DNA from: a virus
Taxonomy: Duplodnaviria; Caudoviricetes
Length of the DNA stretch: 61,918 bases
Virus record (IMG/VR): IMGVR_UViG_3300037852_000239
Location: 1-61,918 of that record
Strand: one strand, 5' to 3'
The position numbers were made by a program, and so were the translations under genes. This document shows positions 35,951 through 44,122 of this stretch, one piece after another (position 1 is the stretch's first letter; each line of letters starts with the position of its first letter). A model generated the notes under the pieces. It was not told the origin of the DNA. It saw only the letters and a list, made by a program, of their open reading frames with translations, and ran no database searches.

Positions 35951-37789
35951 CTACGAGTACCCGGTAATCCCGACGGATTGCAGGGTCGCGGTGGTCAGGC
36001 TGGTAATCGTCAGGTAGAACTCCCGCGTGGTCGCTTGCGGGATCGACATCGTGCCGAGGAGGGTCCACCCGGTGTTGGTGGTGACGGTCCACGGGAAGTT
36101 GACGCTGGAACTATTGATGATGCGCAGCGTATAGGATTGACCGATGGTCGGATCGTAGCCAGGGACGGTCAACGCGGCGATCAACGCGGCCACCGTGGGG
36201 AGGACGAGGAGCGCACTGGCCACTAACGCCCCGGTCATGTTGAGTGTGACGCCGCTGCTGCCGCCCACCAACGCGCTCGCCGGTAGAATCACTCCCGCGG
36301 TGGCAGGGTTGGTGTTATACGCCACGGCGGCTTGGGCGGGGGTTGGGAGATCGGACAGCCCGACCACGCCCATGAAGCGCGATCCCGGAAACGGCATCCC
36401 GACGAGCACCGCCGTAGTCGCGGTGAAGTTGCCGCCCACGATGGCAATCGGTCCGGTCTGGCCGGTGTCAAACGCGACGCAGTAGGGGCTGCCTTGGCAC
36501 ACACAGCCCGTGATGGTGACTTGCGTGGCATTGGACGCGATGTCGATGTCGGATTTGACGTTGGTGTTGAAGACCATGCCGGTGACGGCGATCAACGTGC
36601 TTTGCGTGATGGCGAGCCCGATGCCGCCGCCCCCGGTGGCCAACGCCAATTGGTTGTACCCCCCAATGATGGTGGCCGCTAAGACTCCCGTGAGGGAGAT
36701 GTTCGGCGAGACGAGACTGGCCTCCACAAACGGATTGGTCATCAGGAGCTTCTGGACATCGGTGAAGATGAAGCCCCCGGCGTTGCCGCTCGCCTTGCAG
36801 TGCAGCAGATAGATGTCATCTAATGAGATGACGTTCCCATTGACGGGTTGGTTGAACCAGAACCCATACACGCCGTTGGCATCCGCAAAACAATAGTTCA
36901 TGCGGATGTCTTCGCCGCCGCCTTGGACGAGGAACCCGCTTAGTGCACACCCGTTGGCTTGGCAGTAATCCAGATCCATCTGGCTCTGCCCTTGCAAGGG
37001 GTTGGTGGTGCCGTCGAGGAGAAATCCATTGCCGGTATTGGGCCCGGTGATGCACTGCCGCCACGTGATGGCGGTGCCCGCCGAATAGAACCCGTTGAAG
37101 TGGAACGAGGTGTTGACGCGTTCGTGGTGGATGTAGGCCCAGCGGGTGGGGCCTTGGATGTGGATGCCGTCTCCGGTGCGGTTGGGCACGCCGCTGGTGA
37201 GGGTGAAGTCCAGGAGGTTGACGTAGGACGCCGCGACGATGATGCCGTGCGCCGTGCCCGATTGGACGGTGATGGTCGCCGCGCGGTCGGCGCCGACGAG
37301 GGAGACGCCGGGGCTGGCGATCGTTAATGGGCTGGTGATGACGTAGGCCGCCGAGGTCACCGGCAACCAGACGATCCCGCCGCCGGCCACACCGGCCGCA
37401 TTAATCGCCGCTTGGATCGCTAGCGTGTCATCGTTGATACCGTTGCCCAGCGCGCCGAAGTCCGAGACGTTGAACACGATCGGCGATTGATCCACGAAGA
37501 TGTAATCGCCGAGGGTATAGGGTGACGTGATGCCGGTGCCGGAGAACTGCACATCGACATGCTGACGCAGGCAGTAGAAGTTGAAAAAGCCGTTGATGTC
37601 CGCGGTCAGGGGGTTGGCGAGCGGCGTCAGCCCAAACTGGTCGGCGTAGAGCAAGACGGGGTTGGTGGTCCCTGAGGCAAACACGGTCACCGTCGCGCCA
37701 GGGGCGAGGCCCGCGGGCGCGGTGGTCGTGTTGGGCGTCTGAGGCCGGGAATAGGCGTATCCCCAACCCCGGTTCATGTTGAGCGCCAT
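35951..37789 (-). CDS. tailspike with head-binding-like N-terminus and pectate_lyase_3-like beta-helix
   Basis: NPLTADINGFFNFY; VFNVSDFGALGNGINDDTLAIQAAINAA...GGIVWLP. Confidence 0.85.
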   Translation of the reverse strand: MALNMNRGWGYAYSRPQTPNTTTAPAGLAPGATVTVFASGTTNPVLLYADQFGLTPLANPLTADINGFFNFYCLRQHVDVQFSGTGITSPYTLGDYIFVDQSPIVFNVSDFGALGNGINDDTLAIQAAINAAGVAGGGIVWLPVTSAAYVITSPLTIASPGVSLVGADRAATITVQSGTAHGIIVAASYVNLLDFTLTSGVPNRTGDGIHIQGPTRWAYIHHERVNTSFHFNGFYSAGTAITWRQCITGPNTGNGFLLDGTTNPLQGQSQMDLDYCQANGCALSGFLVQGGGEDIRMNYCFADANGVYGFWFNQPVNGNVISLDDIYLLHCKASGNAGGFIFTDVQKLLMTNPFVEASLVSPNISLTGVLAATIIGGYNQLALATGGGGIGLAITQSTLIAVTGMVFNTNVKSDIDIASNATQVTITGCVCQGSPYCVAFDTGQTGPIAIVGGNFTATTAVLVGMPFPGSRFMGVVGLSDLPTPAQAAVAYNTNPATAGVILPASALVGGSSGVTLNMTGALVASALLVLPTVAALIAALTVPGYDPTIGQSYTLRIINSSSVNFPWTVTTNTGWTLLGTMSIPQATTREFYLTITSLTTATLQSVGITGYS

Positions 37790-37812
37790 GGTTCAAGGGC
37801 CGCGCGCGAGCG

Positions 37813-38073
37813 CTACGACCAGCGCCGCTTGCCGATTGCCGGTCGCCCAGTCGGCTTGGGCGGCGCCGCCTGCCCTGGCGCGTGATCGGTCGGCAGCCGC
37901 TCGCCGTGTGACTCCATGATCTTGACCGGGAGGCCGCCCGGGCCCCCGCTGTCGTGCGGCCAGCCGGAGAACGGGCCGTGCGGATACTGGTTGATCGATC
38001 CTTTGGCGCCGCGAATCGCGGGCGGGCGATCCTGCGGCATTTGCGAACGCACCGGTGAGCCACGCTTGGCCAT
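37813..38073 (-). CDS. small basic/Pro-rich hypothetical protein
   Basis: GAGG RBS; operon context. Confidence 0.55.
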   Translation of the reverse strand: MAKRGSPVRSQMPQDRPPAIRGAKGSINQYPHGPFSGWPHDSGGPGGLPVKIMESHGERLPTDHAPGQAAPPKPTGRPAIGKRRWS

Positions 38074-38084
38074 GCTGGGTACCT

Positions 38085-38297
38085 CTACTCCTCAATTGCC
38101 TCGGATCCGTCGACGAGAGAAAAGTCGTCGGCGGCGATGTCCACCCATGTTACTCCATGCAGTAACCGGGCGCGGTTCAGCGGGTTGTTGAGGCGATCGG
38201 CCACGTGGTCGACGGCCGCTTGGATCGTGTCCACGTTGGGCACGATGACGTCCGCGTATTGGCAGAGGGTGCGCATGACGGTGACGCGGACGCGCAT
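38085..38297 (-). CDS. hypothetical protein
   Basis: Operon context. Confidence 0.55.
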   Translation of the reverse strand: MRVRVTVMRTLCQYADVIVPNVDTIQAAVDHVADRLNNPLNRARLLHGVTWVDIAADDFSLVDGSEAIEE

Positions 38298-38303
38298 GGG
38301 TGA

Positions 38304-39389
38304 TCACCAAGTCACAGGATGCGATTGCCAATAATCGGCATCGGCTGGCCCGACTCCCGCCATCCGGTCGCGCACCAACCCGTGCCCGCGGCTGATGATC
38401 GATTGCAGCCCGGCTTCGTCGTCCGCCAACTTCGCGTCCATCAACGCGCCGCGCTTGCCATCTCGCCCGCCATACAACGACGCGCGCAGTTCGTTGGCGA
38501 GCAACGACCAGTTGGTCTTGGCCATGGTCGGAAACTTTCCGATGTTCGCCTGCACGTGCGGATACCCGAAGTGGAGCAGCGCCAGCTGGATGATCAATTC
38601 ATCAGGGATGCCAGGCGGCGGCACGTCTGACGCGTTGACGAAGTCGGTGCCGCGCCGACGATACCGACAATACCAGGTTTGCCCTTGGGTGGACCCGGGC
38701 CAGAACTCGTAGATCGGTTGCCCATACGTGGTGGTCGGTTGTGGGGTGGTCGTGGCGCCGGGTAGCGTAGAGGCCAGGGCGTTGCCCCGGTAGAGGCCCA
38801 GGAAATAGCTGAGCCCCAGCGACAGCCGCTGCGGATCGCGGGCATCGATGTAGGCAGAGGTATAACTGAGCTTCGGCCCGGTGATGGCAAAGCCGTTGAC
38901 CATGTCGGTGACCGACACCCACGCGAGGAAGTCGGTGGCTGGTGGAATGATATAGGTCCGGTAGATCAGGTAGGTGGAGGCCGCGTTGGTGCCCTCCATC
39001 ACCGCGCGGTCGAGCGTCAGGACCAGCGCAGTGGGTACGCTGCTATTGACCCCGATGATGTTGTAGATCTCGCTGGGCGAGGGCGCGGAGAGGCTCGTGA
39101 AGCGGATCTGGAGCTGGGTCGCTTGCGGGACGCTGGTTGAGAGGGTGAACGGCAACAGCGCCGCCGAGGCCGCCGCGTTCAGCGTGACGAGATTGGTGAA
39201 GCGAACAATGGCAACGGCGCCGGAGGTGATGGCCGGGGGGCACACCACCGCGGCATCCGCAACGAGGAAGCTCCAGCGCTTGGCGTCACAGATCTTCCGC
39301 CACGCGCGATTGATAAACGTGCGCGCAAGCGTCGGCGAGAGCCCAGGGAGGACTCCCGCCAATTCCGCGGAGAGGTCCAAGAAGGCCAC
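38304..39389 (-). CDS. putative head-tail adaptor (tail tubular protein A-like)
   Basis: FINRAWRKICDAKRWSFL N-terminus; YEFWP...Y..RY...D.PP..IPDELII; follows the capsid genes. Confidence 0.65.
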   Translation of the reverse strand: MAFLDLSAELAGVLPGLSPTLARTFINRAWRKICDAKRWSFLVADAAVVCPPAITSGAVAIVRFTNLVTLNAAASAALLPFTLSTSVPQATQLQIRFTSLSAPSPSEIYNIIGVNSSVPTALVLTLDRAVMEGTNAASTYLIYRTYIIPPATDFLAWVSVTDMVNGFAITGPKLSYTSAYIDARDPQRLSLGLSYFLGLYRGNALASTLPGATTTPQPTTTYGQPIYEFWPGSTQGQTWYCRYRRRGTDFVNASDVPPPGIPDELIIQLALLHFGYPHVQANIGKFPTMAKTNWSLLANELRASLYGGRDGKRGALMDAKLADDEAGLQSIISRGHGLVRDRMAGVGPADADYWQSHPVTW

Positions 39390-39398
39390 ATGAACAAC

Positions 39399-39782
39399 CT
39401 ACTGCGGCCCAGCGCCGATCAGTTTGATGGTGCGCCCTGAGAGATTCGTCGTCCCGGCGACCTCGTCGCTGGTCCCGGCGGCCACCCAGCGCAACGTGAA
39501 ATTCCGAGACGGAAGAATCCCCGTCGAGGCCTGCGAGTTCCCATCGATCGGGATCACCGAGGCTTCGTACGCGCCATTGTCGGAGCACATCGGCGCCGTG
39601 AGCCAATCGGCGTATTTCAACCCGCCTTGCGCGAGAAGTTCCGCGGCGGTGATGATATCGCCGCCGGTGGCCGGCGTCCCGTTGGTCACCTGGGTGTAGG
39701 ACGCAGGTCCAGTGTGCGTCCAGCACGCTTGCTTGACGTTGCCCGTGATCGTGGGGTACCCAATTTGGTTTTTCCGCGCCAT
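39399..39782 (-). CDS. putative head decoration protein
   Basis: GPASY...GGD...EVAGTTNLS motif; GAGGAG RBS; downstream of the MCP. Confidence 0.6.
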   Translation of the reverse strand: MARKNQIGYPTITGNVKQACWTHTGPASYTQVTNGTPATGGDIITAAELLAQGGLKYADWLTAPMCSDNGAYEASVIPIDGNSQASTGILPSRNFTLRWVAAGTSDEVAGTTNLSGRTIKLIGAGPQ

Positions 39783-39814
39783 GACGAGAGTCTCCTCAGA
39801 AGGTCAGACGCGAG

Positions 39815-40450
39815 TTACCCGCGTACGTTATGGATGTTGACGTAGACCAGCGTCAAGGTGCCGTTGTTCGGGGTGCCGTCTGCCGTGCCGATGTAGCGCT
39901 GGAGCATGACGTCGGTGATCGCGGTCGCCGCGGATTGCGTGTCGGCGAATCCGTTGTCGGCACCGGCACCCGCGCCAGCCGCGTAGACGCCCGCACCGGC
40001 TGCTGACGCGCCGGTGAGCGTTCCGCGGAATTGCACGTAGCAGGGGCCGATGTCTTGGATGACCGAGTAGCGGCCCGCGGACCACCCGGCGTTTAGCACG
40101 ATACCCGCGGCGTTGAGCGCCCCGGTGGCTGACCCGGTTTCCAAGGTCGTCACCTGGTAGAGGTTGTCGACCGCGTTGGCGACCGTGTCCCAGAACACGA
40201 TCTGGCCGCGCACCACCGCGGAGGAGGCCGCGGAGAGGCGCACGTAGCGGAAGTGGCCCCCGAACCCAGGCGTCGCCAAGCTCCACTGGATGACGTTGTC
40301 GTCGAGCCAGCAGCCTTGGCCAAGTTGGCCGGGGAGCATGGACTGGGTGGTGGAATTGCCGAACGCGGGCTTACCGCCGACCACCACGTCGTTGATGTTG
40401 TCGATGTAGCCGGTGGTCAGCCGGATGCTGGGGGAGTCATAGTGGGACAT
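39815..40450 (-). CDS. putative capsid cement/decoration protein
   Basis: FRYVR...GQIVFWD...AGIVL...YSVIQ..G pattern directly after the MCP. Confidence 0.6.
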   Translation of the reverse strand: MSHYDSPSIRLTTGYIDNINDVVVGGKPAFGNSTTQSMLPGQLGQGCWLDDNVIQWSLATPGFGGHFRYVRLSAASSAVVRGQIVFWDTVANAVDNLYQVTTLETGSATGALNAAGIVLNAGWSAGRYSVIQDIGPCYVQFRGTLTGASAAGAGVYAAGAGAGADNGFADTQSAATAITDVMLQRYIGTADGTPNNGTLTLVYVNIHNVRG

Positions 40451-40547
40451 TGGTTAATCCTTGCCTATCCGGCTGCCAGAACCCTCGGCTGGCTGTTCGT
40501 TCGGGGTGGATTCCCCGGTTTGGGTGCTGCTCGTGCGACGCGTGCGA

Positions 40548-41678
40548 CTACCCGCCGATACCGTAGAACTGCTTATGAGTGCGCGCAGCGATTCCCTCAA
40601 GGTTACACATTGCCTTCAATTGCCCAACCACCTTGGTGTTGTCCTGCGCCGGCACGAACCCCGACCACCCAAACCCGAATTCCTCGTTGTCGGTGACGCG
40701 GAACAACAAATCAAACGTGTTGAACAGGCACGCGACCTCACCCACGGTGCAGGTGACGCCGGACGCCGGCAGGTTGCTGAGCGCGGCTGCGGTGCCGCCG
40801 TTCGCCGTGGTCCCCGGCGACACGAACGTCCCGGTCAGAAATGACTGCCCGCCGGCCCGGTTGGCCTGCCCGTACTTCAGGCTGGGGAAATAATCGTCCT
40901 TCAGGCACATCGCGTTGTTAAACCGGAAGCCCATGACGCCCCAGACCGGGTCGCGCTCTTGCTGGAAGCGCTGTTGGACTTGGAGTTTTTCCTTGATGTA
41001 GGCCGCCCACGCCTTGTTGCCCGTGAACAGGTTAGGCTCCTTCTTGCCGATGGTGGCGTCCTGGTAGCCTTCCTCGTAGGTGGAGTAGCTGGCGACGCCC
41101 GCGTTGCCGAGGCCGTCTCCGCACCAGACGGGGATCGAGTTCATGGTCTGGCCGATGGCGCCGTTGCGCAGCTGCTGACCATACGAGGTGTAGACGTTGC
41201 CGTCCCAGCTGGGCGTGATGCCGTCGTTGATCAGCTCGGGCCAGCCGTTGATCGCGAGAGAGCGGGTGCCCTGTCCGGACTGGTGCATGGCAATCGCGTA
41301 GATCTCGTTGATGGAGTCCATGCCGTTTTGCATGTCGGCGTCCAGCAGGAGGACCACCGCGTTCTCGCCCTTGTTCTCGACCTGGATTTCTTCCTTGTAC
41401 TCGGGCACCGAGACGTAGCCGTATTTGGTCGTGAACTGCAACGCCGCGATGGTTTGGCGCTTGGTCGTGTTGAGCGTGGCGCCGGGGGCGTAGAAGCCGC
41501 CGATCATCGGCGCGTAGCGGAAGGGCGCCTGCATGAAGCTCCCGCCGGTGAACGGGACCAGGCAGTGATCGCGGATGTAGGCGAGGAGGGGGGCGCCGAG
41601 GAACCACTCGTCCTCGATCGAACGTGGGAACAATTCGAAGAGGGTCACGGCGTTGAGTTCGGCGATGTTCGGGTCCAA
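40548..41678 (-). CDS. major capsid protein (HK97 fold)
   Basis: 376 aa; AAGGAG + TTG start; FTGG...PFRY, INGW, GFRFNNA...D.Y; follows the scaffold. Confidence 0.8.
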   Translation of the reverse strand: MDPNIAELNAVTLFELFPRSIEDEWFLGAPLLAYIRDHCLVPFTGGSFMQAPFRYAPMIGGFYAPGATLNTTKRQTIAALQFTTKYGYVSVPEYKEEIQVENKGENAVVLLLDADMQNGMDSINEIYAIAMHQSGQGTRSLAINGWPELINDGITPSWDGNVYTSYGQQLRNGAIGQTMNSIPVWCGDGLGNAGVASYSTYEEGYQDATIGKKEPNLFTGNKAWAAYIKEKLQVQQRFQQERDPVWGVMGFRFNNAMCLKDDYFPSLKYGQANRAGGQSFLTGTFVSPGTTANGGTAAALSNLPASGVTCTVGEVACLFNTFDLLFRVTDNEEFGFGWSGFVPAQDNTKVVGQLKAMCNLEGIAARTHKQFYGIGG

Positions 41679-41734
41679 GGCTAACTCCTTTTGCTACAAC
41701 AACTTGCAGTAACTCAGGCCGGTTCGAAAATGTT

Positions 41735-42664
41735 CTACGCCGCTGGTCTTCCGCCTGCTCCCCGATACCGATGCGTGGCCAGCGCGCTGGCCGCTTTGCT
41801 GATCTTGTCGGTCTGTGCCACAGCACTCGGGCGCTGTAGCTTGCTCACGTGGGTGGCCGGGTCGCCGGCCGCCTTCAGCACCGGCGAATGCTGGCCTCGC
41901 GCGATCTGCCCGGGAATCGCGGCCTGACTCCGGATCTCCTGCCGCCCTTCCTCGCGAATCGCGTCGTCGTGCGCCTTGGCATCGGCGGTCGCCTTGGCGG
42001 TGCGCTTCTCCCCGATCGCAAACTTCTCTTCCCAGATCTTGATCAGGTCGATCGGTTTCTTGAACGTGCCATCGGCGTTGCGGTTGAGGCGGTCACTCGC
42101 GCGGACCTCAAACTCCCCCATGACCTCCGCGGGGTCCAACCACTCCCCAGTGAGTTGTTGGTGCTCATGCTGGATGCGTGGCAGCTGCGTGTTGAGCATG
42201 AGGGAAAACTTGGCGTAGGAACCCAACTGCTCTTGGGTGACGGTGTTGGGATCTCGAGCGGGCACCACCGGAGGCGTCACCACTGGCGCGGGCGCGTCGT
42301 CGCCGATGATCGTCTTGGGGTCCAGCCCGAGTTCGGTGGCCTTGCTGGTGACAATGGTCTTGAGGCGGGTGACCTCAGCCTGGGCCTTGGCGAAGTCGTT
42401 GCGCATCGCCTCGGTGATCTTCCCACCGGCGTTCTGCGTCTCCGCCCACTCGACCATTTCTTGGTTGAGCCGTTCGTTCGCCGCGTCCAGCTCGGTCTGC
42501 TTGGTCTGGAGCGCGGTCATATTGCGAGAATAATCGGACAACCGCAGTCCCGATTTCTCAATGTTGGTCGCGACGGTCGGGTCCGACAACGTGGGAAGCA
42601 CCGCGTCGATTTTGTCTGCAGCAACGCCCATCTCCGCGAGCCACGCCTTGAGATCGAGTGCCAT
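41735..42664 (-). CDS. capsid scaffolding protein
   Basis: LRLSDYSRNM motif, coiled coil, directly upstream of the MCP. Confidence 0.75.
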   Translation of the reverse strand: MALDLKAWLAEMGVAADKIDAVLPTLSDPTVATNIEKSGLRLSDYSRNMTALQTKQTELDAANERLNQEMVEWAETQNAGGKITEAMRNDFAKAQAEVTRLKTIVTSKATELGLDPKTIIGDDAPAPVVTPPVVPARDPNTVTQEQLGSYAKFSLMLNTQLPRIQHEHQQLTGEWLDPAEVMGEFEVRASDRLNRNADGTFKKPIDLIKIWEEKFAIGEKRTAKATADAKAHDDAIREEGRQEIRSQAAIPGQIARGQHSPVLKAAGDPATHVSKLQRPSAVAQTDKISKAASALATHRYRGAGGRPAA

Positions 42665-42680
42665 GGGGTTCAGCCTCCCA

Positions 42681-42787
42681 GTCCCTTCTCGCCAACGCGC
42701 GCGGCTGCAGGGCCGCCCGCGAGGGCCAGGTTGAGGACCGAATAGTGATGCTCCCTTCCCGCGGAAACGGTGCGCGGGGTTGAGGAG
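42681..42787 (-). promoter_or_regulatory. tandem stem-loop elements in the scaffold leader
   Basis: Two copies of TCCTCAACC...GAAGGGA, each closing a hairpin; the second ends just before the GGGAGG SD. Confidence 0.5.
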
Positions 42788-42832
42788 TGAACCAACGACG
42801 ACTGCGGTTGTACGATCATGGTTGGATTCGTG

Positions 42833-43159
42833 CTATTGCGACGAGGTCGGAACAGCCTCGCTGGAGCCCGTTTGTGGCGGGGCGGCTTGGCTGGCCTTTT
42901 GAACCGCTTGTTTGATGGCGGCTTTCATTTGCTGGGCGAGCGGCCGGAGCGCCGGCATCTCGCCAAAGACCTGGTCGATGTGCTGATCGAGTTCGCGCAG
43001 GCGCCCCATGAAGGCGGCGAGCTGCGCGCGTTGCTGGTCTTGACCAGAGGCGCCGGGCGAGCCACCACCAGCCGAGGCCGCGGCGGGCTGCCCGCCGCCG
43101 GAGGTCAACTGATCGATCGCGCCCGTCATCGGGGCGGCGTCGCTGGCGATCCCAGGCAT
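42833..43159 (-). CDS. hypothetical protein between portal and scaffold
   Basis: Gln/Ala-rich helical hairpin typical of this position in podoviruses. Confidence 0.65.
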   Translation of the reverse strand: MPGIASDAAPMTGAIDQLTSGGGQPAAASAGGGSPGASGQDQQRAQLAAFMGRLRELDQHIDQVFGEMPALRPLAQQMKAAIKQAVQKASQAAPPQTGSSEAVPTSSQ

Positions 43160-43182
43160 CAGGGGGGCTCACGGGACTAGGA

Positions 43183-43341
43183 TTACCGGGACTTGCCCCC
43201 GCGCTTCCGGCCACGGCCCATGACCGTCATCGAATTGGTCATGCGTACCGGCGCGGATTTGCGGTTGGTCGAGCCGCCACGCTTCGCCGAGCGCGGATGC
43301 CGCGCCCGGGCGTGCACGGCGTGGGGGTGACTCATGTTCAT
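43183..43341 (-). CDS. small highly basic peptide (52 aa)
   Basis: MNMSHPHAVHARARHPRSAKRGGSTNRKSAPVRMTNSMTVMGRGRKRGGKSR; missing from the ORF track. Confidence 0.55.
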   Translation of the reverse strand: MNMSHPHAVHARARHPRSAKRGGSTNRKSAPVRMTNSMTVMGRGRKRGGKSR

Positions 43342-43494
43342 GATAGAAGCCTCTGACCCTTGAAAATGGTTGGCGGGAAATCAGAGCGGCCAGCAACTCC
43401 CCAAGCCACCGCGCCGCTCCAATCCGCTGCACCCAATGCCGCCCAGGGGACACACGGTGCTCGGACCACCGCGTCTCATTCGGGCGGATTGGAG

Positions 43495-43554
43495 CTACTT
43501 GCGGCCGTGCCGTTTCTTGCCGCGCCGCTTGCCGCGAACGATCTCGAGATCCAT
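43495..43554 (-). CDS. 19-aa basic micropeptide MDLEIVRGKRRGKKRHGRK
   Basis: AAGGAG SD 6 nt before ATG; first ORF after a promoter. Confidence 0.65.
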   Translation of the reverse strand: MDLEIVRGKRRGKKRHGRK

Positions 43555-43579
43555 GAGAGGCTCCTTGACACGTGGGAAG

Positions 43580-43644
43580 GGTTCAAGGCCTCTTGAACCG
43601 CCGCGTGTGAGACTCAGCATGGCGCGCGTGGGCGAGGTTGTCTA
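43580..43644 (-). promoter_or_regulatory. sigma70-like promoter for head genes plus downstream inverted repeat
   Basis: TAGACA(43644-39)-17 nt-CATGCT(43621-16); GGTTCAAG-gcct-CTTGAACC at 43580-43599. Confidence 0.5.
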
Positions 43645-43908
43645 GGAGGAAACAGGCAACGAGGAGGCCGAGCGCGTTGGTGGTTGCGCGTCGGTGCACA
43701 GGACTTTGACGGGGCGGCGCAAGCGTTGCTGACGAACCGTCAAGCGCCGGAGGTCCGCCACCGGGAAGCGGAGGGTGCGCCCCACGTGCACGTAGGGGAT
43801 GCGGCGGCGGCTCACCCAGTAGTACACGGTGCGGCGGCTGACCTCGAACAATGCCATGATCTCGTCGAGGCGGAGGTAGTTGCGATCGGTGGTGAGGAGA
43901 TCAATCAT
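43642..43908 (-). CDS. excisionase/MerR-like HTH DNA-binding protein
   Basis: YLRLDEIMALFEVSRRTVYYWV...IPYVHVGRTLRF. Confidence 0.85.
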   Translation of the reverse strand: MIDLLTTDRNYLRLDEIMALFEVSRRTVYYWVSRRRIPYVHVGRTLRFPVADLRRLTVRQQRLRRPVKVLCTDAQPPTRSASSLPVSS

Positions 43909-44119
43909 GGGTGGGATCCTTGACGAAGTCGTCCGCGACATCGTCTTCATGCCACGCACGTGCGGCGTTGCCACTCCACGTTTTTGGACACGCCTTGATG
44001 TTGTGGTCCCGCGCTCCGCAGTAGTCACAGCGCATGTGGAGACGTGCCGCGCTCCCGCTCCATGTCGAGGGGCAGCACGCGATCGTGTGAAACGGCGAAC
44101 CGCAGTAAGTACATCGCAT
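43901..44119 (-). CDS. double CCHC zinc-knuckle protein
   Basis: CTYCGSPFHTIAC and CDYCGARDHNIKAC, each followed by P.TWSG.AAR. Confidence 0.75.
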   Translation of the reverse strand: MRCTYCGSPFHTIACCPSTWSGSAARLHMRCDYCGARDHNIKACPKTWSGNAARAWHEDDVADDFVKDPTHD

Positions 44120-44122
44120 GGG

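Noticed and set aside
40451-40550. Stop-codon readthrough or frameshift extension of the major capsid protein
   Set aside because: The next gene is not in frame with the MCP stop and no slippery heptamer is evident.
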